Below the pieces are notes generated by a model. That model worked only from the letters and a program-made list of their open reading frames with translations, ran no database searches and was not told the DNA's origin. A stretch of 64,000 bases of DNA from Seleniivibrio woodruffii (GTDB lineage: Bacteria; Chrysiogenota; Deferribacteres; Deferribacterales; Geovibrionaceae). Within the stretch, counting starts at the first letter, position 1. Each line of letters starts with the position of its first letter. The stretch is taken from positions 41,747 to 105,746 of the forward strand of contig NZ_JAJUIS010000009.1 of NCBI RefSeq assembly GCF_029267515.1. Reading direction: 5' to 3'. A program made the translations under genes and the position numbers. Positions 1-9,721 of this stretch are shown here, piece by piece.

Positions 1-1242
1 GAAGGAATCTATCTGTTCGACGACGCAGGCAGAAAATACATAGACGCAGTATCGTCATGGTGGGTGAATCTTTTCGGGCACAACAACCCCAGACTCAAAA
101 AAGCCATTTCCGATCAAATGGATAAGATAGAGCATGTGATTTTTGCCGGCATAACCCATACGCCTGCGCAAACCCTTGCGGACGAACTTGTCAAGCTAAC
201 ACCGGAAAAACTGACTAAGGTGTTCTTTGCCGATATCGGTTCCGCCGCGGTGGAATCGGCTATGAAGCTGAGCTACGGATACCGCTACAACACAGGCAAT
301 ACAAAAAAGAACCGCTACATGTACCTCGACGCAGGATACCACGGCGAAACACTTGGCGCACTCTCCGTCTGCGGCGAGGAACTTTATACAGAACTTTTCG
401 GCAACATAATGATAGAGAACGTCCGCGTCCAGGGACCGGACTGCTACCGCTGCCCGTTCGCTAAAGAACGCTCATCCTGCGATGCAGAGTGTTTCTGCCA
501 TATGGAAAAAGCCATGGCGGAAAACCATGACCGCATCACAGCCGTTATCCTTGAACCACTGCTCCAGTGCGCTGGCGGATTTAAGATGTATCCGCCGAGA
601 TATCTGCAAAAGCTGGTACAGGCGGCTGAGCATTACGACATTCACACTATTTTTGATGAGATAGCCTGCGGGTTCGGCAGAACGGGAACAATGTTCGCTC
701 TGGAACAGGCTGGCGTATGTCCCGATTTTTTATGCCTCTCAAAAGGGATAACATCCGGTTACCTGCCTCTCAGCGTCGTTATGACCCATGACGGCATCTA
801 CGACGCTTTTTACGATGACTACACAACGCTGAAAGCCTTCCTCCACAGTCACAGCTACACAGGCAACCCGCTCGCCTGCGCCGCCGGAGTGGAGACCATG
901 AAAATATTCCGCGAAGACAAAGTTGTTGAAACGAACGCAAAAAAATTCCACGCCATGCACGAATATCTTGATAAAAAATTCCTCGGCAAACCTCATGTGG
1001 GAGAAGTGCGCCACCTCGGATGCGTTTCAGCCGTAGAACTCGTTAAAGATACTGATACAAAAGAAAAATTCGAATGGAAAGACAGAACCGGATTCCGCAT
1101 ATTCCGCAAAGCAATTGAAAAAGGCGCGTACCTGCGCAATCTGGGCGACGTGATATATTTTATGACCCCGTATGTCATAACCGAGGATGAGATGATAAAA
1201 CTTGCTGATATAGCTTATGAATCCGTTTATGAGGTGCTGTGA
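1..1242 (+). CDS. bioA: Adenosylmethionine-8-amino-7-oxononanoate aminotransferase; 5' end lies outside the window
   Basis: Frame 1 is open from nt 1 (EGIYLFDDAGRKYIDAVSSWWVNLFGH...), so the listed 64..1242 ORF is only the part after an internal Met. Class-III aminotransferase motifs DEIACGFGRTG and LCLSKGITSGYLPLS. Followed by bioD with a 1-nt stop/start overlap. Confidence 0.9.
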   Translation, partial: EGIYLFDDAGRKYIDAVSSWWVNLFGHNNPRLKKAISDQMDKIEHVIFAGITHTPAQTLADELVKLTPEKLTKVFFADIGSAAVESAMKLSYGYRYNTGNTKKNRYMYLDAGYHGETLGALSVCGEELYTELFGNIMIENVRVQGPDCYRCPFAKERSSCDAECFCHMEKAMAENHDRITAVILEPLLQCAGGFKMYPPRYLQKLVQAAEHYDIHTIFDEIACGFGRTGTMFALEQAGVCPDFLCLSKGITSGYLPLSVVMTHDGIYDAFYDDYTTLKAFLHSHSYTGNPLACAAGVETMKIFREDKVVETNAKKFHAMHEYLDKKFLGKPHVGEVRHLGCVSAVELVKDTDTKEKFEWKDRTGFRIFRKAIEKGAYLRNLGDVIYFMTPYVITEDEMIKLADIAYESVYEVL

Positions 1243-1844
1243 TGAGAAAACTGTTCATATCAGGAACCGACACAGGGATCGGAAAAACACATTACTGCGG
1301 ACTGCTCTGTAAGTATCTGCTGGAAAAAGGCGATTCCGTCTGCTATGTAAAACCCGTACAGACCGGGTTTCCCGAAGACGACGACAGGCAGACAGTTATA
1401 AACATGTCCGGTCTGAAACCGGAGCACGCCTATACGCTCAACACGGCTAAGTTCCCCGCTGCGCCGTATCTTGCGTTCGATGATTTTCCCTATGAAAATA
1501 CTATAAAAAAGATAAACGGCATAAGCGGTTACGACTGGCTGGTGGTGGAAAGTGCAGGCGGTCTCATGGTGCCTCTGGACGAGGGATACATGAACTATGA
1601 CATAGCGCGGGACTGCGGGCTGGAGACAATCGTTGTTGTGCCCAATCAGCTCGGATGTATCAACCACGCCATGCTCAACCATTATTTTCTTGAAAAAGAG
1701 GGGCTGCCTTTCGCAGGGTTCGCGGTCAACAACCACTTTGCGGCGGCAAAATCGGATAAATTCAACATTGCAATTCTGAACGACCTGACGGACGATGCCG
1801 TCAGGTCTGTGTTCAGCGATGTTATGGAAATTGTGGAGCTCTGA
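1242..1844 (+). CDS. bioD: Dethiobiotin synthetase
   Basis: N-terminal P-loop ISGTDTGIGKT, ~200 aa. ATG 1242 overlaps the bioA stop TGA (1240-1242); GAGG lies 7 nt upstream. The listed ORF begins 3 nt earlier at GTG. Confidence 0.9.
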   Translation: MRKLFISGTDTGIGKTHYCGLLCKYLLEKGDSVCYVKPVQTGFPEDDDRQTVINMSGLKPEHAYTLNTAKFPAAPYLAFDDFPYENTIKKINGISGYDWLVVESAGGLMVPLDEGYMNYDIARDCGLETIVVVPNQLGCINHAMLNHYFLEKEGLPFAGFAVNNHFAAAKSDKFNIAILNDLTDDAVRSVFSDVMEIVEL

Positions 1845-1847
1845 TTC

Positions 1848-2285
1848 TTAAAGAAGTGACTGCACGCCGTATCTTGAAGCTACGGAGATGAAGTCGCCGG
1901 ACATTTGCTGGTTGGCTTCCTTCACCTTCTCGTATACTTCCTGCAATTCTTTGTTATTGTATGACTGCATAGCGCCGGAAAGCTCTTCCATGGCGCTTTT
2001 GTCATATGTGCCGAGGAATTTTTCACGCGCTGTTCCTTTGATATAGCTAAGAAGCGAATCACTCTCGTTTGATCCTGACGACTGAACGTAGTCCTCAAGA
2101 ACGGAAAGCGCCTTCGCGGATATGTCAACTGTGTCGGCAAAGCCTGTGGGCTTGGACTCTTCGCTTTCGCCGAAGAAAGTTTTCAGCGCCGTAAGGCTGT
2201 CTACGTCTGATGTTTTTGATGAAGAGGATGTCTCTGCTTTATTTGTGAGATCCTGTGTCGGGTAATATTTTCCTGAAATTATCAT
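1848..2285 (-). CDS. Hypothetical acidic, Ser-rich protein with no recognisable domain
   Basis: 145-codon ORF at the tail of the minus-strand TPR-exbB-exbD-tonB-midA run. No TM segment or signal peptide. Convergent with bioD. Confidence 0.45.
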   Translation of the reverse strand: MIISGKYYPTQDLTNKAETSSSSKTSDVDSLTALKTFFGESEESKPTGFADTVDISAKALSVLEDYVQSSGSNESDSLLSYIKGTAREKFLGTYDKSAMEELSGAMQSYNNKELQEVYEKVKEANQQMSGDFISVASRYGVQSLL

Positions 2286-2340
2286 CTTAGCCCCCTGTAA
2301 ACTTTGTTCTGAGGACTAATAAGCATGTTGCGTGCCAGTT

Positions 2341-3474
2341 TCAGGCGGAAAAAACTTTCCCCATCTCGTCAAGCACCTCTTTAGCGGAGCGGGTATACTT
2401 AAAATCATTACTGATATCAACGTTTTTACCCTGCACAAACACCTGAAAATTGGTACCGAAACCGCCTTCAGGCATTATAAGCGCCTTGACGGACTGCTTT
2501 TGCAGGTCTGTTTTGCAGGCGGAAATCTCTTCCAGTATGCCGGACTGTACCAGATACAGCCATTGGGGCATATACGCAAGAGGGTTGAGCCCATTCTGCG
2601 AGCCATAAAGCGACAGAGAGGTGAAATCCACGAATGCGGTTATGTCCTGATAGCCTATGCGCTCAAAGAAATCGTTGTTCTGTGTGTGGCGGTAATAGCA
2701 GGTGACTGTTCCGTCCCGTCTGTAGGACTGATAGAGCATTGGTGCTTCAAAACCGTAATCGATGGTGACAACAACAGCCTTGCCCAACTTTTCTGCCAGC
2801 GCGTGCACCCAGCCGACCATATCAAGATTGATGTCAACTATCTGGGTCTCCACAACTTTCAGATTGATAGCGTCAAGAAACTCTTTGAGGCGGGGAGTCG
2901 AAAGCTCATCGGGAAAAAAGCGCAGCTTTCCGTCAACCTCTTTAACGTAAAGCTCTTTCAACTCGTCGTTCATGCGTATAACGCGGTGAACGGGGAATGC
3001 GTCCACAAGCTCGTTGCTGTAGAACACGCCGGAAAAATTATTCAGCTCTTCAAAGCTCTTCCAGACGACCTTGCCCTTATGCTCTTTCTCAATGAGCTCT
3101 TTCTGACGTTTAATGAGGTATCCGCTCTTCTCTATAATGGTGTAAGACAGTATGTCATATATCTCTTTTTCGTTCACTTTCAGATAGTTGAGAATGTCGT
3201 TGGCAAGCATCCCGCTGCCCGCACCCATCTCGCAGAAGGCGTTTTCCAGTTTCAGAGTTTTTATCATGTACACAAAGGATTTCGCCAGGGTGCGCCCGAA
3301 AGATTCGGATGCGTTTACTGAAGTATAGAAACTGCCCTGCTGTCCGAAGGGGTTCTCTTTCTGATAGTATCCCATCCCCTCTTTGTAAAGGGCGATGTCC
3401 ATAAATTCGGCAAAGGTTATCTGTCCTTTTTCGCGAATCAGGTTCTCAACGTAGGTTTGAAGGCTTGTATCCAC
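2341..3474 (-). CDS. SAM-dependent methyltransferase, MidA/NDUFAF7 (DUF185) family
   Basis: 377 aa. N-terminal ITFAEFMDIALY...GYY and SAM motif I CEMGAGSGMLANDIL are typical of the family. The start overlaps the tonB-like stop by 1 nt. Confidence 0.75.
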   Translation of the reverse strand: MDTSLQTYVENLIREKGQITFAEFMDIALYKEGMGYYQKENPFGQQGSFYTSVNASESFGRTLAKSFVYMIKTLKLENAFCEMGAGSGMLANDILNYLKVNEKEIYDILSYTIIEKSGYLIKRQKELIEKEHKGKVVWKSFEELNNFSGVFYSNELVDAFPVHRVIRMNDELKELYVKEVDGKLRFFPDELSTPRLKEFLDAINLKVVETQIVDINLDMVGWVHALAEKLGKAVVVTIDYGFEAPMLYQSYRRDGTVTCYYRHTQNNDFFERIGYQDITAFVDFTSLSLYGSQNGLNPLAYMPQWLYLVQSGILEEISACKTDLQKQSVKALIMPEGGFGTNFQVFVQGKNVDISNDFKYTRSAKEVLDEMGKVFSA

Positions 3475-4208
3475 TATCTCACTCTGAAATATAATGTTAT
3501 TTCCGCAGATTCGGCATCTGCGTTCAGAACGGCATTAAACTTCAATTTGCGCACAAAGTCAATGGCAAGCCTTTCGATATTTGAATCGGTTCTGTTTAAA
3601 AGGACTATGGAATATGTGTTTCCGCTGCGGTCAACCTTAAAGCCAACACGCACATTAGTATTTGATGTTAAAGAGAAAGAAGGCTTTTCAGGAACGTATG
3701 TCAGCTTTCTGTTTCCGCCGAGATTCTTAATTTTAAAGAAATCGTTTGCGTCCTGCGCGCCCGCGTTTTTGCCGGAGGACTGCTCACCTGCAGACTGGCT
3801 TTCTGAGCGGTGATATTTTTCCGCCTCGGAGGCTATCTCAGTCTGCAAAGCAGAATCTGCATACGAACTTCCCGATTTAGCGGTTGTGTTAAGATTCAGT
3901 TTAGGCATGGCTATTTTTGCCAGATCAGCCGTTGACACTTTAGGTATCTCAATCTCAGGCACAGAGGAGGCGGGGGGAGGAATAATGTTCCCCGCAATTT
4001 TTTCGCCCTCTTCCGCCGCGCCTTCATCGGCTTCCGCGGTTTCGGGCATCTGAGGCATAACCTCCTCTTTGGGAGCGGGGGGCACAATCTCAACGTCTAT
4101 GATTTTGCTTTGAGGTTTCTCACGTTTCGCAACACTGAGTCCGTGCACGTTCAGAATTATCAGAATATGCAGCAGCAACGAAAGGATGAGAAAGAGTGTA
4201 AATCTCAA
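3474..4208 (-). CDS. TonB-like energy transducer
   Basis: N-terminal TM helix (FTLFLILSLLLHILIILNV), a Pro/Glu-rich spacer (PPAPKEEVMPQMPE...) and a C-terminal beta-rich domain. Sits directly after exbB-exbD. Confidence 0.7.
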   Translation of the reverse strand: MRFTLFLILSLLLHILIILNVHGLSVAKREKPQSKIIDVEIVPPAPKEEVMPQMPETAEADEGAAEEGEKIAGNIIPPPASSVPEIEIPKVSTADLAKIAMPKLNLNTTAKSGSSYADSALQTEIASEAEKYHRSESQSAGEQSSGKNAGAQDANDFFKIKNLGGNRKLTYVPEKPSFSLTSNTNVRVGFKVDRSGNTYSIVLLNRTDSNIERLAIDFVRKLKFNAVLNADAESAEITLYFRVR

Positions 4209-4211
4209 ATG

Positions 4212-4613
4212 TTACTCCTGTTCCTCAACAGCGATGGCAAACTTTGTATATCCCGCCTTGCGGCTGGCATCCATAACTGTTACGACCTGTCCGTGGGCAA
4301 CCTCTTTATCCGCTTCAATTATGACGGTTGCGTCCGGCGCTGTCTTTTTAAACTCAACCAGAAGCGGTTCAACGCCTGTAAGCTGCACTGTCTGATCGTT
4401 AACGGTTATGATCCCGTCCTTTGTCATTACGACGCGTATGTTCTCAACAATGGGCTTTTCATCCCCTTTTGCCGCGGGGAGATTCACGTCTATGGAGTTT
4501 GTGAAGTTGAAAGACGTGGACACCATCAGAAATATAAGCAGTATGAATACGATATCTATCAGCGGCGTAACGTTTATTTCAGGATTCTTCTTTTCGTCTC
4601 TGGAGAATTTCAT
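4212..4613 (-). CDS. exbD: Biopolymer transport protein ExbD/TolR
   Basis: 133 aa with the signature NVTPLIDIVFILLIFLM, a single TM and a periplasmic domain. Confidence 0.9.
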   Translation of the reverse strand: MKFSRDEKKNPEINVTPLIDIVFILLIFLMVSTSFNFTNSIDVNLPAAKGDEKPIVENIRVVMTKDGIITVNDQTVQLTGVEPLLVEFKKTAPDATVIIEADKEVAHGQVVTVMDASRKAGYTKFAIAVEEQE

Positions 4614-5231
4614 TTAGTCCTCTTTAACGACCGCGTTCATTATCCTGCTTGCGGATTTTTCAAGCTCAGTTGTAATGCGTTCACTTCGGAAACGCACAAA
4701 ATAGTAGACAGCCATTGTGGGGATAGCAACGCAAAGACCTGCCGCCGTTGTTATCAGCGCTTCGGCAATACCCGCCGCAAGCGGCTGTGCGTTTCCCGCA
4801 CCATAAGTTGCAAGAGCCATAAAAGTTTTTATCATACCGAATACAGTACCGAGGAATCCCAGCATAGGAGCTATAGTTGATATCGCCTGAAGTGTCGGCA
4901 GAAAGCGTTCAAGACGTTTCGCCTGAAATCTGCCAGATTCCTCCGCAGTCTCAGCAAGCCTAGCGAAAGGCAGGTTCAGGTTTTTCAGAATATCAGAGGC
5001 TATTATGGATATAGAGGATTTATTCTCGGCACACATGGTCTTCGCGGCTTCGATGTCCTTGTTGTTCAGCTTATCCATCAGCCTTTCCATGAAGTCTTTG
5101 GGGACAAAGTTCGATTCACGCAGGCTCACCAGCCTTTCAAAAAAAACAGCAAGAGCAATGACCGAGAGCAGCACTATAGGGTACATCAGCACCCCGCCCT
5201 TTTGCATCAGCTCCATATTCAACTCGAACAT
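4614..5231 (-). CDS. exbB: MotA/TolQ/ExbB proton-channel protein
   Basis: 205 aa with three TM segments and the conserved C-terminal block LGFLGTVFGMIKTF...AGIAEALITTAAGL. Abuts exbD with no spacer. Confidence 0.9.
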   Translation of the reverse strand: MFELNMELMQKGGVLMYPIVLLSVIALAVFFERLVSLRESNFVPKDFMERLMDKLNNKDIEAAKTMCAENKSSISIIASDILKNLNLPFARLAETAEESGRFQAKRLERFLPTLQAISTIAPMLGFLGTVFGMIKTFMALATYGAGNAQPLAAGIAEALITTAAGLCVAIPTMAVYYFVRFRSERITTELEKSASRIMNAVVKED

Positions 5232-5258
5232 AAATATCCTCCTTGGGAAGTGTTTATC

Positions 5259-7904
5259 CTATTTCTTAATTTTTTTGCGCATTATGTCCGCCTCTTCCTT
5301 TCTGCCCAGATTGTCATAGGCGGCGGCGGCTTTTTCGAGGCTTTTCGCGGCATATTTCGAGTTCGGATACAGATAATATCCTTTAAGAAGCGTCGCAGCG
5401 GAAGTCTCGTAATCTTTAGAGTTGAACTGCGCCGAACCGCTGTAAAAATATGCCAGCGGCAGAACGGCGGGATTTGCATCCTTTATAAGCCCATCAAGGA
5501 ACGTTTTTTCAGCGGAGAGCTGGGCGGCTGTGAGCATAGAGAAATATCTCTCAAGCCCGTTCACATAAACCTCGGCATCCCTGTTCCTGAAATACATGAC
5601 CGCGGGTTTAAGCTCGTTGGGGGTATTCTCCAAAGCTATCAGCTTAGCATAGCTCAGTTCCCTGTAACGGTCGGAATTTTTTGCCAGATCCTCAAAAATT
5701 GCCTTTGCCTCATCCGGTTTGGACGTTTGCAGACATTCGGCTTTAAGAAAAAGCCCTTCGTCGCTGCGACCGTCTTTCTGCATCATCTGGGCATCATCAA
5801 GACACTGCTCAACTCTGCCTGTATCGCGGAAAAGCTGTCCGCGCAGCAGATAAGCGTCGCGTTTATAAGGTGAAACGTCATAATTGTCGAAGAAATGGTT
5901 AAGCAGCATTGTAGCAAGGCGGGTATCCTTTGCGTCCAGCGCCATTTTTGCGGTTTGCAAAACAAGAAAATCTTTTCTGTCAAACGACTGCCGAACCTGA
6001 GTTATCTCCCGCGCCGCATCGTCGAAACGCTTGTCGTCTCTCATGGCGGTGTATGAAGTCAGGATGCCGTACCAGGCGTCAAAGCTGTGCTGTCCGCCAT
6101 CCACAAGACTGCGGAATCCGGCGAGAGCTTCCTGATATTTTCCCAGCGAGAAAAGCGCTTTGGAACGCACCAGCCTGTATTTCGTCCTGTTGCCGTCTGT
6201 GAGTTTAAGCACCTGCTGATACTGCCCGGCAAGCATCATATTCTCAAGATAAGCATCCATGAATCTTTCGTCTTTAGAGTTCCTGCTGAAAACCTCTCCG
6301 GCGGACGAACTGTCGCCGAGTTTCAGGTATGTCAGCATCAGCAGCAGGTCGCTCTGCACATCCTTGGGAGTGACAGGGTTAAGCTGTGCCAGAGCTTCCT
6401 TATAGTTCTTTCTGTTATAAAGTATGGATGCGCGGACAAACGCCGCATCGTTGCCCTTAACGCCGTCAACGCTCTTCCATGCGGAATCGAGGTCTTTCTT
6501 CTCTATGAATATCTTGCCCTTTAGCACACGGCAGTAGTCCGTTGTGCAGGGCTGGATAAGCATAAGCGCGTCGTCGTATCTGCCGTCCAGATAATATATC
6601 TGCCCCAGCATGTACCTTGAGACCATAAGTTTCTGTTCGTCCTGCGAAAGTTCCATGAACCGCAAAAAATATCTCTGCGCCCTGCCGGTGTCTATGGTGG
6701 AATAGGCAAGTCCGCGGTAGTAATAGGCAGAATTTATCAGGTCACGGTTGAAGATGATGCCGTCAATCTGACGTATGGCGTTCATCTCATCCCCTTTGGA
6801 GAGATACCATATGCCTCTGTAAAATCTGTTGTAATCGTTGTTTATCTTGCTTTCGAACACGAACTTGTCCAGAAATGTCAGGTCGATGTCGGGGAAATTC
6901 CTTCCGACATAAAAAAAGAATATATTAAGTCTGTCCTCGTCGGAATCCAGAGACGAGAGCACTTTCTCAGCCTCTTTATAGTTACCTTCCGCAACCGCTA
7001 TCTTTCCGTAAATAACGTTCTTCATGTTGTCGGCTGTGATGCTGTCATAGTTGTCTATGGCGCATTTCACATCTCCGCGCACAAGACAGGAATCCGCCAG
7101 CAGGGCAAAAGTATTGCCGCCGGCGTTGGCAGAGTTCTTCATAACTTCGTCAAACCTGCCGAGGCTGTATTCAGCCGTTATCAGGAAATCGTAGAATCTC
7201 TTGTCCTTGGACGTTATGTCGCTGTGGGCATTAAAAGTCTCAATGACTCTTTCGTATCTTTGAAGCTGAAGAAGGCTGTAAAGCCAGCCGTAGAGCGAAT
7301 ACGGAGTAACGTTTTTCAGACCGGAGGCGAAGATGTCCGCCTCTTCGTATAGTTTAGTGTCCAGATAATACTGCATTATCCTGTCGGAAGCCACGCCCGC
7401 GAACGGGCTATCGCTGTATGCGACACCCTTCATGATGTCCATGGATTTGCTTATGGAGCCTGTTTCAAGGAGCGCAAACGCATAGACCAGATTGACTTCC
7501 TGTTCATACTGAGTCTTCGCTATTTTAGGGTAATATTTGTCATAGGACTGGATTACAGAAAGATACTGTTTGTCCAGATAGCCTTTCACGATATTGTTGC
7601 GATAGGCTTTTTCTCCCACGAAAACAGAGGACAGGGACGTTCCGAAGCTGCCGGAATACATTCCGCCAGGATCGGCAGACTGATATGCCTTCGAATCGAC
7701 CTGTTTAAGTTCGAAGCTCTCCTGCTTCAGATAGCTGTCGAAACCGGATTGCACGCTGAACGAAACGGACACTTGCTTGAAAGAGGGACGGATTGAAAAA
7801 TCCGTCAGTTCTTTTCCTGTGAAGGCGAAGTCCGGCAGAGTTACAGCCGCCTGTGCCGCGTTGTTCAACACTAAAAGAGCTATTGTAGCAGTAATTTTTT
7901 TCAT
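5259..7904 (-). CDS. Secreted tetratricopeptide-repeat protein (881 aa)
   Basis: Signal peptide MKKITATIALLVLNNAAQA. The rest is repetitive helical hairpin sequence with Y/A/L spacing typical of TPR. First large gene of the exbBD-tonB operon. Confidence 0.7.
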   Translation of the reverse strand: MKKITATIALLVLNNAAQAAVTLPDFAFTGKELTDFSIRPSFKQVSVSFSVQSGFDSYLKQESFELKQVDSKAYQSADPGGMYSGSFGTSLSSVFVGEKAYRNNIVKGYLDKQYLSVIQSYDKYYPKIAKTQYEQEVNLVYAFALLETGSISKSMDIMKGVAYSDSPFAGVASDRIMQYYLDTKLYEEADIFASGLKNVTPYSLYGWLYSLLQLQRYERVIETFNAHSDITSKDKRFYDFLITAEYSLGRFDEVMKNSANAGGNTFALLADSCLVRGDVKCAIDNYDSITADNMKNVIYGKIAVAEGNYKEAEKVLSSLDSDEDRLNIFFFYVGRNFPDIDLTFLDKFVFESKINNDYNRFYRGIWYLSKGDEMNAIRQIDGIIFNRDLINSAYYYRGLAYSTIDTGRAQRYFLRFMELSQDEQKLMVSRYMLGQIYYLDGRYDDALMLIQPCTTDYCRVLKGKIFIEKKDLDSAWKSVDGVKGNDAAFVRASILYNRKNYKEALAQLNPVTPKDVQSDLLLMLTYLKLGDSSSAGEVFSRNSKDERFMDAYLENMMLAGQYQQVLKLTDGNRTKYRLVRSKALFSLGKYQEALAGFRSLVDGGQHSFDAWYGILTSYTAMRDDKRFDDAAREITQVRQSFDRKDFLVLQTAKMALDAKDTRLATMLLNHFFDNYDVSPYKRDAYLLRGQLFRDTGRVEQCLDDAQMMQKDGRSDEGLFLKAECLQTSKPDEAKAIFEDLAKNSDRYRELSYAKLIALENTPNELKPAVMYFRNRDAEVYVNGLERYFSMLTAAQLSAEKTFLDGLIKDANPAVLPLAYFYSGSAQFNSKDYETSAATLLKGYYLYPNSKYAAKSLEKAAAAYDNLGRKEEADIMRKKIKK

Positions 7905-7917
7905 TTACCCTTGTTTT

Positions 7918-8049
7918 TCAGTTGCTTTGCTGCTGTGACTGATCCGGTGAAGTGGGGTTTGCATCGGAGCATCCGCCCTCGCATCCCACAATTCCGCTGA
8001 ACGCGGAAACCAGAAGCACGGCAAGTATGAATCTTTTAACTGAATTCAC
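7918..8049 (-). CDS. Small lipoprotein precursor (43 aa), below the ORF-track cutoff
   Basis: Translation of the minus strand gives GTG-NSVKRFILAVLLVSAFSGIVG|CEGGCSDANPTSPDQSQQQSN-stop. It has a basic n-region, a hydrophobic h-region and the lipobox IVGC. GGGAG lies 6 nt upstream of the GTG. The start overlaps the last 14 nt of surE, and the stop is 13 nt before the TPR gene start. Confidence 0.5.
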   Translation of the reverse strand: MNSVKRFILAVLLVSAFSGIVGCEGGCSDANPTSPDQSQQQSN

Positions 8050-8803
8050 CTTCGTCTCCCTTATCTTTCAAATGTTTATACATCTTATGATCCGTCATGT
8101 CAAACATCAGCGGAGTTACGCTGACAAAACCGTTGGAAACAAGGTAGTCGTCGGAAGTTTCGTCCATATCGGCTTCCTTCTTCTCCCCTGTCAGCCAGTA
8201 ATAGCTGTATCCTCTGGGGTCCCGTCTTTTCTCGAAGGTGTCAAGGAAACGCGCATTGCCCTGTGTTGCAAAGCGCCATCCCTTTATATTCTTCATAGAC
8301 AAGGCAGGAACGTTTATGTTCAGTACAGTGTTCTCAGGCAGGTCGGAGTTGTGCAGGTATTTTGCGAAATATGCACCCACCTGTGCGGCGTGTGAAAAAT
8401 CGAATTTTTCCTTTGTGGCAAGGCTGACAGCAATGGAGCGGATGCCTAGCATAGCCCCCTCTGTCGCGGCGGAAACCGTTCCTGAATAGATCACGTTGCT
8501 GGCGACGTTTGCGCCGTGGTTGATGCCGGAAACAATGAGATCCGGGGCTTCCTTCATAATGTTTGTAAGGGCTATCTTAACGCAATCGGCGGGAGTGCCT
8601 TTTATGCCGTATCCGAAAAATTCACCGAATTTATAGAAATCCGTAACGCGCAGAGGGTCTGCAATGGTGATTGCGTGCCCGACGGCTGACTGCTCTGTTA
8701 TGGGTGCAACAACGGTTACGTCCGCAAACTCTTTCAGAGCTTTGTACAGCGTGTAGATACCGTCTGAATATATGCCGTCGTCGTTCGCAAGTAAGATACG
8801 CAT
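8036..8803 (-). CDS. surE: 5'/3'-nucleotidase SurE
   Basis: MRILLANDDGIYSDGI N-terminal signature and the GINHGAN motif; 255 aa. Confidence 0.92.
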   Translation of the reverse strand: MRILLANDDGIYSDGIYTLYKALKEFADVTVVAPITEQSAVGHAITIADPLRVTDFYKFGEFFGYGIKGTPADCVKIALTNIMKEAPDLIVSGINHGANVASNVIYSGTVSAATEGAMLGIRSIAVSLATKEKFDFSHAAQVGAYFAKYLHNSDLPENTVLNINVPALSMKNIKGWRFATQGNARFLDTFEKRRDPRGYSYYWLTGEKKEADMDETSDDYLVSNGFVSVTPLMFDMTDHKMYKHLKDKGDEGEFS

Positions 8804-8931
8804 ACAGCCTCCAATTACACTTCAATAATAATTAGCATATATCAAACTTAATGATTTATCAAGAAGATAAACACTTGTTTAGTTAATATTACCCGAATTT
8901 TATATTATTACAGCAGGAGGGGTGAGCGGCG

Positions 8932-8958
8932 CAAAAAAAAGAGGGGCAAATGCCCCTC
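8932..8958 (-). terminator. Intrinsic terminator downstream of elbB
   Basis: On the minus strand, GAGGGGC-AUUU-GCCCCUC is followed by eight U, 15 nt after the elbB stop. Confidence 0.65.
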
Positions 8959-8972
8959 CGTACTTACTTTTC

Positions 8973-9656
8973 TCAGCACCCGGAAGTAAGGTTGTTCACC
9001 ATCCCCGTGAGTGCCTGCATTGTCTTTTTAATTGCCTCGCCGACCTCTGCAATATCAGCGGCAAGCATATAGGCAGGGTTGGTGATTATGTTAAGGTGTG
9101 CATCGATTATTACCTCTTTAACTGGGCTTTCGATGTGCTCCGCTCCCATGGCGTTTATGGCGTTTGCCGTGCCGGGGTCGTTGCCGATCGTGAGCTTAGC
9201 TCTGACGCCTGAGTCCTCAAGGGCTTTCGCAACGACAACAGGCGCTATGCAAACCGCCGCAAGGGGTTTTTTCGCATCGACTGTAGCCTTAATGAGCCGT
9301 TTCACATCGGGGTTTATGGAGCATTTCGCACCGTCGAAAGCAAAGGACACAAGATTTTTGGCAGCACCGAAGCCTCCCGGAAAAAGAAGAGCATCGAAAT
9401 CGTCCACGGTCACTTTCGAGATATCGGTTATATTTCCTCTGGCGATCCTTGCGGATTCCTCCAGAACGTTTCTTTTCTGCCCCTGTTCCTCCTGTCCGGT
9501 GAGATGGTTCACAACATGAGCCTGACCCACATTAGGAGCCATAATGAGAAGTTCGTTGCCGTATTTTTTCAGGTAATACATTGACAGCACAGCCTCGTGT
9601 ATCTCAGCACCGTCATAAACCCCGCATCCGCTCAGCACTATTCCTATTCTGGGCAT
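8973..9656 (-). CDS. elbB: DJ-1/PfpI-superfamily protein, ElbB-like
   Basis: MPRIGIVLSGCGVYDGAEIHEAV... N-terminus and the nucleophile-elbow context AAVCIAP; ~220 aa, matching ElbB. Confidence 0.8.
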   Translation of the reverse strand: MPRIGIVLSGCGVYDGAEIHEAVLSMYYLKKYGNELLIMAPNVGQAHVVNHLTGQEEQGQKRNVLEESARIARGNITDISKVTVDDFDALLFPGGFGAAKNLVSFAFDGAKCSINPDVKRLIKATVDAKKPLAAVCIAPVVVAKALEDSGVRAKLTIGNDPGTANAINAMGAEHIESPVKEVIIDAHLNIITNPAYMLAADIAEVGEAIKKTMQALTGMVNNLTSGC

Positions 9657-9721
9657 GATATCCTCCTATGGTTTATACAGATAATATTATAGTGTATCAG
9701 GCTTTTTTCAAGAGAACAAGT

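Noticed and set aside
2332-3321. Long antisense ORFs opposite well-supported genes: 2332..3321, 20107..20883, 20405..21208, 31663..32517, 62637..63746, 38018..38814, 17023..17527 and similar.
   Set aside because: Each lies fully inside a gene that has clear family motifs on the other strand. They have no SD sequence and odd amino-acid composition (Cys/Arg/His-rich or low complexity). These are typical shadow ORFs.
8922-9212. 96-aa ORF with GGAGG upstream.
   Set aside because: The SD-to-GTG spacing is only about 2-3 nt. The ORF runs through the elbB terminator hairpin and antisense into elbB.
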